The notes beneath the pieces are model-generated. The model was not told the origin of the DNA and made no database searches. It was given only the letters and a program-made list of their open reading frames with translations. A program made the translations under genes and the position numbers. Source: a virus (lineage: Duplodnaviria; Caudoviricetes). From it: 64,000 nt of DNA. Below are positions 40,129-50,240 of this stretch, piece after piece; position 1 is the stretch's first letter; each line of letters starts with the position of its first letter. The stretch spans positions 32,001 through 96,000 of IMG/VR virus record IMGVR_UViG_3300021387_000090. One strand, given 5' to 3'.

Positions 40129-42393
40129 CTAAAACACCAACTTAGGATGTGCAACTTCGTCTAGCAACTTTTGCAGATGTGTTTGCTTTTTACTTACTGC
40201 TTCATTTCCCGTGGCATACCGAAGTGCATTTGTTTGAACAATAAGATCACAAGATTCCACAGCTCTAGTAATAGCTGTATATACCAATTCTCTAGTCAAC
40301 AGAGAATAAGCAGAAAAATCAAGTCCAATAATCACATGCTTGGCTTGTGATCCTTGATATTTATGAATTGTAATTGCATATCCTAGTTCCAAACCATTCC
40401 AAAATTCTTTAGGGATCTTAACTATACCAATGCTTAAGAATTCAGCCGTAATCTCTTCTTCTTCCAAATCAATATTTTTAATAACGCCAATACTACCATT
40501 ATAAATAATAGGATCAAGCTTATAGTTATTAGATGTATTGATAACCTTATCTCCTTCTCGTAACACATAAGGCTTACCATTACTGTATAAAGTGATTTCA
40601 TGCTTCTTTCTCTCCATGGGATTAACCAATTCTTGAATAGCGTTATTTAATTCATAAGTACAAGCCGAACCTTTGGTTTTAATAGCCACTAGAATTTGTG
40701 TCTGCATCATATCAAAATTTGGTTTTGCCATTGCTGTAGAATATGCTTCCATAATTTTATAATAAGTATTACTGGCATCAGAATATGCAGTAATTTTAAG
40801 ATCTTTTAATTGACCTCGAATGTCAGATCCTGTCCAATCTTTTTCAATAATTTGTTGACCAGAACGAATTCTAAAAGCTTCAGAAATAATACCAGAAGCC
40901 TCAGCTTGACGATGAATTTTTTTCAACATAACCGTTTCAATTTCTGGTGAAGCAATCATATCATGGGCTATATTTCCCGCACCAATCGCCTCAAGCTGTC
41001 CATGATCACCTAAACAAATTAATTTAGCACCAGACGGAATTGCTCTCAGTAATTGATAGAACAAAGTTGTATTTACCATTGAAATCTCATCTAAAATATA
41101 AATCTCATAAGGTAGCGGGTTTCCATCATGATAATAAAAGAGTTGCTTGGCTTCAGGAAAATAATTGGGATATCCTAATAGTCTATGAATAGTGAATCCT
41201 TGTTCGCCAGTAATCTCTGATAATCTTGAAGCTGCTCTGCCAGATAAGGCACACTGAACATAGGAATGCCCTTTTAACACCTCCAAAATACCAGAAACCA
41301 ATGAAGATTTACCTGTACCCGCCATGCCAGAAATAAGTATTACATTAGCCTGTAATGCACGATAAATTCCGTCTAGCTGTTCATCTGTATAATTCCACCC
41401 TTGTGCTTTTTCCAGTATTCTAACTTTATCTCGCCAATTTTCCCAATCTTCAGCACCAATAAAAGGCTCCGCATCTCTTAAACGAATCAATTCCTCTGCA
41501 ACACGTTTTTCTTCATCATAATAGAATTTCAACCCTATACAAGTTTTATCTTCTGAATACCATAATTTATAAGATATACTATGAATAGCTTCAGTAATTT
41601 TTTCATCAGGCACTTCATCCCCAATTTCGTCTAAAATAGCACCCAATAATTCATCTGTTGTAATCCATGATGCACCACTTTCTCCTGCTTGCTTTAAATA
41701 TTTTTGAATATATGCAGCAATGCGTCTAGGATCAAAATCACTAATACCGCCTTCTCTGGCAATTTGATCTGCTCTTGCCCATCCAATGCCATCGACTTCA
41801 TCAGCAAGTACATAAGGATTCGCTTTTACTTTTTCAATAACAAGGTCAGGAGATTGATATCGTTGAATTAATCTTGCAATCATATTATTGGTTAGATTGT
41901 ATTCGGATAGTTCAGTAAAAATACGACCCAAATAAAGGTTTGTATGAAATTTATTAATCATTTCATTAGCAGTGTACATTCCCACACCCTTAACTTGAAC
42001 CAAACTTTTACTATCTTTTGATTCTAAAACCTGATATGGATCTTCAAGTGTTTTATATAAATTATTTATTTGTTTTGGTGTAAAAATGGATGACAAAAAT
42101 TTCTTTTGCCCTTCTTTATCATTCTTATCAAAAACAATAGCAGAATACATACGGACAACTTCGTATTGTTTACCCCATTTTTTATCATCCACCAAATCTG
42201 CGGTAACATTATACATACTTCCGGGTTTGGGATCTGGCATATTACCTTTTAAAATAAGACTGTTATATTCATCTGTTATTGGCGTTCCTGAATTTACGGT
42301 ATCAATCGATACCTCAATAATCCCCCAAGAATCTTTGAAATATCTAATTCTTTCTACGGAACAAAGAATCTCAATCCTGTTTTTATTGTCCAT
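40129..42393 (-). CDS. recD2: RecD2-like SF1B helicase
   Basis: N-terminal OB/HhH region, GMAGTGKS, DEISM, GDHGQL, HRQA, YAITIHKYQGS, YTAITRA. Confidence 0.93.
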   Translation of the reverse strand: MDNKNRIEILCSVERIRYFKDSWGIIEVSIDTVNSGTPITDEYNSLILKGNMPDPKPGSMYNVTADLVDDKKWGKQYEVVRMYSAIVFDKNDKEGQKKFLSSIFTPKQINNLYKTLEDPYQVLESKDSKSLVQVKGVGMYTANEMINKFHTNLYLGRIFTELSEYNLTNNMIARLIQRYQSPDLVIEKVKANPYVLADEVDGIGWARADQIAREGGISDFDPRRIAAYIQKYLKQAGESGASWITTDELLGAILDEIGDEVPDEKITEAIHSISYKLWYSEDKTCIGLKFYYDEEKRVAEELIRLRDAEPFIGAEDWENWRDKVRILEKAQGWNYTDEQLDGIYRALQANVILISGMAGTGKSSLVSGILEVLKGHSYVQCALSGRAASRLSEITGEQGFTIHRLLGYPNYFPEAKQLFYYHDGNPLPYEIYILDEISMVNTTLFYQLLRAIPSGAKLICLGDHGQLEAIGAGNIAHDMIASPEIETVMLKKIHRQAEASGIISEAFRIRSGQQIIEKDWTGSDIRGQLKDLKITAYSDASNTYYKIMEAYSTAMAKPNFDMMQTQILVAIKTKGSACTYELNNAIQELVNPMERKKHEITLYSNGKPYVLREGDKVINTSNNYKLDPIIYNGSIGVIKNIDLEEEEITAEFLSIGIVKIPKEFWNGLELGYAITIHKYQGSQAKHVIIGLDFSAYSLLTRELVYTAITRAVESCDLIVQTNALRYATGNEAVSKKQTHLQKLLDEVAHPKLVF

Positions 42394-45300
42394 CCTTAAT
42401 CCTTTCTACTTGTACTTGAAGTGTTCCGTCATTATTTACTGCTTTAATTAAATTCAAAGTATGCTTATAAATAGTATCGTTATAAATCATAGGCCAAAAC
42501 TGATCATCTCTTCGAATACCCGCAACCAACAGAAGATTTCCACGTTTCAACCAACTTTCTTCCAATCTGGTTTTAGTTCCATTTTCATCAATCTTAGAGA
42601 TTGTTTTACTATAAAAAGCATAGTGGCCTTTATTCATTTTGACATTAACCAACCCATATTTGGTTAATAATGCCACGGTATGATGATTATTATCAGCGTT
42701 TAATACGGTTCCTGCAATTCTGGTAATATTATATTTGGGTATAGTTTTAGGCTCACCGTTGACATATCTAGTGTAAAACTCATAGGCCGTTGGCTCTGAA
42801 GGAAGATCAAAGAAATTTGAAATGCCATATTTTTGTTCATCAACATTCTCTAATTCATGCTCTGACTCATAATAGCAAAGTGATTCCATAGACCAATGAG
42901 AAGGTGTACCCTCACCATATTTCTCCCACATTTCAATAGACAAATTCCAATTGTATCTATTAATCGCTTCTGGACTTACAAACCACTCTCTTAATGGTTG
43001 CAAATATAGTTCACATTCTTTCTCAATTTTCTTTTCTGATACAACATAATGCCCATTCACCACATCTACAATACAATCCTCTGTAAAGAAATCATTATAT
43101 TTTTCTTGAGCGATATCATCCAAGATAAACCATCTATCATGATATCCTCTTTTGAGCATTTTTTTATCTGGATCAATGTAATTTTTATAGAATCCCTCAT
43201 CATCTAGAATATACTTTTTCATTGCCAACATTTTTACAGATCGTTCGTATTGCTCTGGAATAAGATGTGCTTCTTTCATCTTATTTAATTGTTGCATTGT
43301 AAGTTTTGTTACTGGCGTAATTAAATAGTTTTCAATAAACCAATCCAAAGTTTCTCGTCTATTCTTGTTATGTAATTCTGTAAAGCAACCCGCTTTGATT
43401 AGCTTCACCATTTGAGCGTTCTTTACAATACCAGTATCCAACATCTTTTTTGCAAAATCTTCCATAGAAGCATAAGGACGATTTGCAATAATCTGTTGAG
43501 ATAATTCTGTATTAATTCCATTAATGCCTTTAAGCCCGAAGATAATACGTTGATTTTCAATATCTGGTTTGAACCCAAATTCAGCAGAATTGATTAGAGG
43601 AAAAGATATCGGGACACCTTCATGCTGAACATTTGCAATAGCAATTCCAATTTTACCATAATTAGTAGAATCGTTCGCTTTTTCATCCAACGATCCAGAA
43701 TCAACAATAAGATTTGCCGTGTTCCAATATATAATGGGATATTTATATGCGAGGTTTAGTTCTTGTAAACCTATTATACTATAGGAAAGTGTATGGGACT
43801 TGTTAAAGCCATATCCACGCTGAGTATTTATTAATACTTTCCAAGTATAGTTTGTTAAGGCTTCAGACAATCCTTTTTTCTTAGCATTCTCAAAAAATTC
43901 TTCTTCAAGTTTATCGAAGTCTTTAGGATTTTTTTTCGCCACTGCTTTTCTTAGCCTATCACCCCACACAATATCAAAACCACCAATCTTAGGATGACTG
44001 GTAAGAAGCACTAGATATTCCTGCGCTTCGCAAATCCCGTATGATACACCAAGAATCTCTTTTAATATATCTTGCTCTTCTTCCGTCAACCCATAATCAT
44101 CCATTTCTTTATACCATTGCGTAATATCACTCTTAAAACGAGCAAACTTATCCAACGGCTGTTCAGCGCCTTTTTCTTGTGCCATAAGACGGATGACGGA
44201 ATTCAAGGTAGCAAGATCATCTACAGAATGAGGCTTGGAAAGAGCAATAGCCTTTTTCCCAGATTCCTTTTCCATCTGAAAAAATGAAAGAACCTTATGA
44301 TCCCATAGCATTTTCCACATTTCTTCAGAGGAACGCTCTAAAGTATAAACACCCAAGTATTTCTCGTAAGTTCCTCTTAAAGATCCTTGCCATTCAATTA
44401 CACCATCTTTAAGAAGCAAATCTAATTCAGCATGAATTTTTTCAAGAGCGTCAATTGCTAACAAATCAATTTTGATTAGCCCCATTTTTTCTGCACTATG
44501 AAGATCTGATTGCGTAACCACATCACCAGATTTCGTCCTCATCAAGGCTGTAGCTTCAGTAAGAGGCTTATCATATATGATAACCCCACCTGCATGTTGC
44601 CCGCATCCACAAACAAGTCCTTCAATTTTTTCTGCTGTTCGCCACAAATTGGGATGAGCATCCATTTCTCGCACAAATTCTGGAGAAGGTGGGTACTCTT
44701 CATTACCATAATACATGGTCTTTAATGATCTTGGCATACCACGATCAAACACAACAAGCGAAGCTATATAAGAAGCGGTATCGTTATCAATGCCAAGTCC
44801 TCTGGCAGCGGTAAGAATAGCGCTTCTACTTTTTTCTGTCTGCAAAGTAAGAACTTTTGATACTTTATCAGCGCCATAAGTATCTTTTAATGCTTGAATG
44901 ATATCATCCCGTTTTCCTCCCTCGACATCTGTATCAATATCAAGCACACTTGCACGATAGGGATTAAGAAATCTCCATGGATAAGTTTTAGTAGTTTCTC
45001 GCAAAGGATCAATTTGAGTGATGCCTAATAAATATAATAAACAAAAACCTACACCAGATCCTCTACCTGCACCGACTAAACTCCCCGTTTGCCATGCTAT
45101 ATTAATATAATCACGAACCTGCATCAGATAAGCAGACCAATGGACTTTCATTTTTTCAGATGATTTAATTAAATAACTCAAACACTCATTGACTGCTGCA
45201 TATCCTCTTTCAGTTTGATAATTAGAATGATTATCAATTGACTTCACCAATTCTCGTAGCATATGTCTATCACTGTCTACTGGTGAATTTAACTCTTTCA

Positions 45301-46306
45301 GAAGAGGGATGCTTTTTTCATATTTTTCAATCAGTTTATTATCTGGCTCAGTATCTTCTAATGGCAAGTAGGGAATTTCCAACTGTTTGGTAATTCCGAA
45401 CGGTTGAATCATTTCATAAACACGCAATGTATTATCTAGCCCTATCTGAACAGTTTGACTATCCAGATAACCATCCATATATGAATGGATTTCCTCGGGA
45501 CTCATTACATAAGTTGAAGCATAAAACTCATCAACTTCACGATCACCGTCCTGTGCATTTAGAAAAGCTTTATGAATATCTCGATCTTCTTTCTTTAGAT
45601 AATGCGCATCTGTTGTAATAATATATGGTGTATTTGTACTTTTGGCTAACAGTACTAATTTATTATTTACATATATCTGTTCTTCAGATTTTGATGGTTG
45701 AAGTTCTAGAAAAAAATACCCATCACCGAATAAATCTTTCATATTTTCAATCCATAATTTACAAGATTCCCAAATAGTATCTTTCTCTAATTCATTTGCC
45801 ACTCTATATTGCAAAATCCTTCTTGGCAAACTACCTCCAATACAAGCACTAGAACCAATTAAATGTCCTTTATACTTCTCTAATATTTCTTGTAAGTCAG
45901 AATAATATGTGGGGACACGATACATAACAGACATAAATGAATTATCAACCCATGCCTTAGTACTTAATTCTCGTAATCCTTTATATCCATATTCATCAAG
46001 CGCCACAAGAATAAAATGGGGATAAACATTATCTTTAGCATTCTCAGTGGTTACTGTACTGGGACAAAGATAAATTTCATTACCAAGCCCCAGTTTAAAA
46101 TCTTTCCAATCAGGATCTTCTTTATGTGATTCTACATATTCAATAGCAGATAAATGGGCGGTAAGAGATTCATGGTCTGTAATACACAAACCTTTTAATC
46201 CTAAATTATGAACGTATTGGATAAGTTCTGGAACTTTATTTGTGGAGTCCCGTAGTCTTAAATTACTACCTGTATCTGTATGATTATGTATACTAAAATA
46301 AGTCAT
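42383..46306 (-). CDS. dnaE: DNA polymerase III alpha subunit (family C)
   Basis: PHP domain (HNH, TDH, DAHY), GRGSG, DIDTD, HAGG, KIDLL, GYGFNKSH. Confidence 0.95.
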   Translation of the reverse strand: MTYFSIHNHTDTGSNLRLRDSTNKVPELIQYVHNLGLKGLCITDHESLTAHLSAIEYVESHKEDPDWKDFKLGLGNEIYLCPSTVTTENAKDNVYPHFILVALDEYGYKGLRELSTKAWVDNSFMSVMYRVPTYYSDLQEILEKYKGHLIGSSACIGGSLPRRILQYRVANELEKDTIWESCKLWIENMKDLFGDGYFFLELQPSKSEEQIYVNNKLVLLAKSTNTPYIITTDAHYLKKEDRDIHKAFLNAQDGDREVDEFYASTYVMSPEEIHSYMDGYLDSQTVQIGLDNTLRVYEMIQPFGITKQLEIPYLPLEDTEPDNKLIEKYEKSIPLLKELNSPVDSDRHMLRELVKSIDNHSNYQTERGYAAVNECLSYLIKSSEKMKVHWSAYLMQVRDYINIAWQTGSLVGAGRGSGVGFCLLYLLGITQIDPLRETTKTYPWRFLNPYRASVLDIDTDVEGGKRDDIIQALKDTYGADKVSKVLTLQTEKSRSAILTAARGLGIDNDTASYIASLVVFDRGMPRSLKTMYYGNEEYPPSPEFVREMDAHPNLWRTAEKIEGLVCGCGQHAGGVIIYDKPLTEATALMRTKSGDVVTQSDLHSAEKMGLIKIDLLAIDALEKIHAELDLLLKDGVIEWQGSLRGTYEKYLGVYTLERSSEEMWKMLWDHKVLSFFQMEKESGKKAIALSKPHSVDDLATLNSVIRLMAQEKGAEQPLDKFARFKSDITQWYKEMDDYGLTEEEQDILKEILGVSYGICEAQEYLVLLTSHPKIGGFDIVWGDRLRKAVAKKNPKDFDKLEEEFFENAKKKGLSEALTNYTWKVLINTQRGYGFNKSHTLSYSIIGLQELNLAYKYPIIYWNTANLIVDSGSLDEKANDSTNYGKIGIAIANVQHEGVPISFPLINSAEFGFKPDIENQRIIFGLKGINGINTELSQQIIANRPYASMEDFAKKMLDTGIVKNAQMVKLIKAGCFTELHNKNRRETLDWFIENYLITPVTKLTMQQLNKMKEAHLIPEQYERSVKMLAMKKYILDDEGFYKNYIDPDKKMLKRGYHDRWFILDDIAQEKYNDFFTEDCIVDVVNGHYVVSEKKIEKECELYLQPLREWFVSPEAINRYNWNLSIEMWEKYGEGTPSHWSMESLCYYESEHELENVDEQKYGISNFFDLPSEPTAYEFYTRYVNGEPKTIPKYNITRIAGTVLNADNNHHTVALLTKYGLVNVKMNKGHYAFYSKTISKIDENGTKTRLEESWLKRGNLLLVAGIRRDDQFWPMIYNDTIYKHTLNLIKAVNNDGTLQVQVERIKDGQ

Positions 46307-46329
46307 TTTACAACCACCTTTGTATAATA

Positions 46330-46398
46330 GTGAGGATTGACTATTCTATATTCTTATACGAATATTACCTCCCTATTCAGGAACCAGTCAATCCTCAC
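46330..46398 (-). promoter_or_regulatory. Three-way-junction RNA fold in the dnaE leader
   Basis: 13-bp closing stem GTGAGGATTGACT/AGTCAATCCTCAC enclosing hairpins TTCCT/AGGGA and ATATTC/GAATAT. Confidence 0.55.
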
Positions 46399-46408
46399 CC
46401 CGTGCTAA

Positions 46409-47341
46409 TTAAAGAAAATTTTTGACATATTGAAACATCGCCTGAACATCATTATCTAATTCGTCAATGCTATATCTTTTATCCAAAGGCTCCGTAGAAC
46501 TTTTCGCAAAAACATTATTAACCATATCAATATAAAAAGTCATGGTTCCGTCTTCGCCTTGAAAGAAGACATCCCAGATTTGTTTTGGTAAATGATCTTT
46601 TACATGAAGCTGTTCTATTGCGAGACAATCGAACGAAACTATTTTAAAATTATCAAACATTAAAGATAAGTTACGTTCAAGCATACCAATATTCCAATCA
46701 ACATCTCTGTCATATTGTGAATAATATTCATTTCCTCTACGAAGTTTCTTGTATCCTAAAATCAAAATTTTAAGATCTTTACCATGTTCCATTAAAACTT
46801 GAAGTTGATGTTCATTAAGAACTCCTGCAATTACATGAACAACTAAATTGGGGAATTCTTTAATTGCTGTAAAAAATTCTTCAGATGGATCTATAAGAGA
46901 TACACCAATTCCTCTAATCCTATGATGCCTTACAAGATAACGAATTAAATTAATGTTATCCATAAAGTGCTTTTGATTTACAGTAATATTGACAAATACG
47001 TGTTGGTAAGACAATTTATCCAAAAAGTCCAACAAATAAGGATGAGTAAAAATATTACCACCACCAAGAGCGATTTCTGTGTATGGTTTTAGTGTTTTAA
47101 CCCATTCAGCGGTCATAATATTGCCATGTTTTCCATTAGTCGTACTTCCTTCATGGCACATTTTGCATCCCATGTCACAACAATCAGTAATTTTAACGTC
47201 CAGATTTTCGGGATATTCAAAATCGAATTTATCATCCAACGAATATCGAATAACCGAACCATCATTAAAACGCTTTACAAAGACATTACCATTCGTATAC
47301 TCTGCAATTATATTTCTTATCACGCTCATATTTAATTCCAC
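46409..47341 (-). CDS. Radical SAM protein (start possibly ATG 47329)
   Basis: CDMGCKMC (CxxxCxxC), EIALGGGN, NITVN. Confidence 0.9.
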   Translation of the reverse strand: MELNMSVIRNIIAEYTNGNVFVKRFNDGSVIRYSLDDKFDFEYPENLDVKITDCCDMGCKMCHEGSTTNGKHGNIMTAEWVKTLKPYTEIALGGGNIFTHPYLLDFLDKLSYQHVFVNITVNQKHFMDNINLIRYLVRHHRIRGIGVSLIDPSEEFFTAIKEFPNLVVHVIAGVLNEHQLQVLMEHGKDLKILILGYKKLRRGNEYYSQYDRDVDWNIGMLERNLSLMFDNFKIVSFDCLAIEQLHVKDHLPKQIWDVFFQGEDGTMTFYIDMVNNVFAKSSTEPLDKRYSIDELDNDVQAMFQYVKNFL

Positions 47342-47889
47342 TTCTCAAAAATTTCGTAATCCTTTTCAGGAGTATTTTCTCTAAAATAAGCAATATCATC
47401 CATGTCACTATTGTCATTCGAAGTAAGGATCACACCATCGCCAAATAGATATCTTAAGAGTCTCTTTTCGTTACCAATAATGGCCTTAACAAAATTTATT
47501 AATTCATAGCCATGATCAATATATCCATTAGGCCAACCCGATGCGTCATAATCATCAGTATCAAATACAGCCTCAACACCATATTTACCCAACGTATCAT
47601 AGATCCAATTAATAGCTTCTTCTCTAAGTTTTAGATTTTCTTTATTTTCTTTGTTATCGTATTTGCCAAAAAATCCTCCCCCTGGATAAACTTCAAACAA
47701 TGCCTGATAGAGATAGGAGGCTTTTGAATCTACACCAAAATATACAATATGTTCCCAGCCATATTCACCATGATTAAAGTGGACAGTTAAAGGATTCAAA
47801 TCTTTTTCAATATTTTTCTTTGTGATTGAAATAGCGTGAACAGAACTACTATTAGTCTCCCATACACCCTTACGAATTGTTAATTTCAT
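47332..47889 (-). CDS. ETNSSS-motif protein A (185 aa)
   Basis: N-terminal MKLTIRKGVWETNSSSVHA; also EYGWE, GYIDH and NDN. Confidence 0.8.
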   Translation of the reverse strand: MKLTIRKGVWETNSSSVHAISITKKNIEKDLNPLTVHFNHGEYGWEHIVYFGVDSKASYLYQALFEVYPGGGFFGKYDNKENKENLKLREEAINWIYDTLGKYGVEAVFDTDDYDASGWPNGYIDHGYELINFVKAIIGNEKRLLRYLFGDGVILTSNDNSDMDDIAYFRENTPEKDYEIFEKWN

Positions 47890-47901
47890 TTTGTTCTCCT
47901 T

Positions 47902-48192
47902 TTAATAATCATAGCCAGAATAACCAAATACTTTTATTTCATCGCCAGATGGGGATATAAAATCTTCTTCAAAACCTTCATATCTTTCAATATAATCATA
48001 ATAATCATCAACAGATAAATAACGATCTTCATCTTCTTGTTCAAGTTTATTGGTTACAATTTTATCATCCCAAATATCATAATATGCTTCACCGTTCAAC
48101 CATTTATCATAATCAGATTTGTTACAAATACACAACGCATGAACAGAACTACTGTTAGTTTCCCAAACTCCATTTCGTATAGTAATCTTCAT
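47902..48192 (-). CDS. ETNSSS-motif protein B (96 aa)
   Basis: N-terminal MKITIRNGVWETNSSSVHA; acidic body ending FGYSGYDY. Confidence 0.8.
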   Translation of the reverse strand: MKITIRNGVWETNSSSVHALCICNKSDYDKWLNGEAYYDIWDDKIVTNKLEQEDEDRYLSVDDYYDYIERYEGFEEDFISPSGDEIKVFGYSGYDY

Positions 48193-48193
48193 A

Positions 48194-49237
48194 TTATTTC
48201 TCCTTAATAAGATAGTCGTTATTCAAAACTTTCATGGAGAGCCAACCAGAAATTTCTGTAGAATATACATGATTACTAATTGGACGAATTACAATTCCCT
48301 CTTTCTGCTGTCCAGATGAATACTTGCCCTTTGCTCTTTCAAGTAAATCTTCTACTGTATCATAAGAAAAGAATAAACTCTCTTCTTCAACAGGAACCAT
48401 ATTAAGGTCACAGTCATTACACAGCTTCTGAATCTCATATAGGCTATATCTTCTATCATTGACAAAATCAAGAACAGTAAATACATACCATTCTGGCCTC
48501 TTAAGTCCAAGACGGTTGCCCTGAATTCCGGGACCGCACCATTCTCCTTGAACAGCAATGTTCCGATACCCATATTTTTCTAAGGATTCAAAAATATTGT
48601 GTTCATGAGCATATTTCCACATTGCGCACTTATCGTCATCAGCCAATTCATTATTGCGTGAACATACACCATTATGATCGTAATAGTTATACATAGTAAC
48701 AGGACTACCGTCCATTTTAGTAGTAATGTAATAACCTTCACAAGATTTAAATTCGTCAATAAGTCTCGGATAAGATTGCACACGAAGTTCGTCTGTCTTA
48801 GGGACTCCAATGGAAGTGGGAAAGTCACTAATCACGGTTCCAGCAGCACTTGTATATTCTTCAATTTCCCACTTCTTAACTCCAAGAATATCAGTAACGT
48901 CATCACCAAGGAAATAATCACCTTCAGGCAGAATAGACATTGGCATAACCAATCCCTGAGAAATCTCGCCACGAAGCTTAACCGTTTTAAGTCTGAATCC
49001 CTCACCCATTAAATCGGTCTTTTTATAACTGCTATTCCGAAGGAATTCAAATTTCTCTTCTACAGGCAGAAAACTATCTACTTCAAAATATACACACCAA
49101 TCACCAACATGAAATTGTCCCTTCTGACAAACAACTTGCCATCCCAATACATGAACGAGTTCAATTCTATCAGCATCTTTAATAGGCGTTACATCATGTA
49201 CATACTGAATTGAGGCCAGCTTTCTTTTCGTACCCAT
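48194..49237 (-). CDS. ATP-dependent RNA ligase, DRB0094/Rnl2-like family
   Basis: RKLASIQ..ADRIE N-terminus, KLRGEISQGL, KMDG (adenylated Lys), QGEWCGPGIQGN, EGIV. Confidence 0.9.
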   Translation of the reverse strand: MGTKRKLASIQYVHDVTPIKDADRIELVHVLGWQVVCQKGQFHVGDWCVYFEVDSFLPVEEKFEFLRNSSYKKTDLMGEGFRLKTVKLRGEISQGLVMPMSILPEGDYFLGDDVTDILGVKKWEIEEYTSAAGTVISDFPTSIGVPKTDELRVQSYPRLIDEFKSCEGYYITTKMDGSPVTMYNYYDHNGVCSRNNELADDDKCAMWKYAHEHNIFESLEKYGYRNIAVQGEWCGPGIQGNRLGLKRPEWYVFTVLDFVNDRRYSLYEIQKLCNDCDLNMVPVEEESLFFSYDTVEDLLERAKGKYSSGQQKEGIVIRPISNHVYSTEISGWLSMKVLNNDYLIKEK

Positions 49238-49246
49238 CTTTTCTCC

Positions 49247-50104
49247 TTAATTTTCTTTGCTCTTCTGAATTGCCTTTGCAATAATATCAATCTGCTCCTG
49301 ATTCTGCTGTTCTTTACGCTTCTCTCTACGTTTTTTATTTTTAGCTTTTCTACGAGCAATAATAGCTTTACGCTCTTCTTCTTCGGCTTTCTTTTTATCT
49401 TCTTCTTTTAGCCAATTATTGTAAGCTTTAATGGCACGATCAAATTCTTTATTTGACTTATTAAATCTATGAATATATGCCTGTGCAATATATTCAATCC
49501 CTTCTATAGAATAATCCAAATTATAGTGCTTATTATTATATTTTGCCCACGCAAGAGCAAGTGCATATTTTAAATCAAATACATCAGGCTCTTTACATAC
49601 CTGCTTATAAATATGTGGTGTACCATCATAAATAGTGATTTCCACAACTCTGTTAGGAACAAGCACATTAATATTTGCAATAAAAGGCTCTGTACGAAGT
49701 GCGAGTGGTGAAAAATCCTTCGGCAAAGTATTCATTATGTTTTTATCGACACCTTTATGTTCTGTTTTATGTTCTGTTTTATATTCTGTATATTCTGGCG
49801 GTTTTATTGCAAATGTACAACATTTATCAGAATAAAAATATCGATTGGGTTCTGCATCTTTGGGTTCTGCATCTTGCGCTACAATAGATTTTATCCAGCC
49901 AGAACCAGTAAGTGTTCCTATTGTAGCTGTGGTGGTTGTTAAAGGTGTAATATTAAATTCATTGTTCGGATTAATTGTATTAGTAGTGAAATTGCCAATA
50001 TTTGAATATGCGTTAGTAATTGAAGATTCCATATCCTTACCTCTCTTTTCTACAAAATTCTTTAAACCATTCAAGCATTCTATCTTCTTCTGTATAAAAT
50101 CCAT
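49247..50104 (-). CDS. Hypothetical protein with basic coiled-coil C-terminus (likely start 50032)
   Basis: Long ORF with short tandem repeats (DAEP x2, KTEH x2). Confidence 0.6.
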   Translation of the reverse strand: MDFIQKKIECLNGLKNFVEKRGKDMESSITNAYSNIGNFTTNTINPNNEFNITPLTTTTATIGTLTGSGWIKSIVAQDAEPKDAEPNRYFYSDKCCTFAIKPPEYTEYKTEHKTEHKGVDKNIMNTLPKDFSPLALRTEPFIANINVLVPNRVVEITIYDGTPHIYKQVCKEPDVFDLKYALALAWAKYNNKHYNLDYSIEGIEYIAQAYIHRFNKSNKEFDRAIKAYNNWLKEEDKKKAEEEERKAIIARRKAKNKKRREKRKEQQNQEQIDIIAKAIQKSKEN

Positions 50105-50237
50105 CTACTTTATATGTCTGCGCTATCCATCCTAAAAAGTTCATTACCAATTGGCTCCAACGCCAATCAGGGAAACACTCCATATGTAGTTTTTTCATTT
50201 CATCATAAAAATTATCTAATCTATTTGGATCTCTCAT
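50037..50237 (-). CDS. Small phage protein (MRDPNR...PDWR type)
   Basis: 66 aa; MRDPNRL and FPDWRWSQL pattern; AGGAG RBS. Confidence 0.7.
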   Translation of the reverse strand: MRDPNRLDNFYDEMKKLHMECFPDWRWSQLVMNFLGWIAQTYKVDGFYTEEDRMLEWFKEFCRKER

Positions 50238-50240
50238 TTT

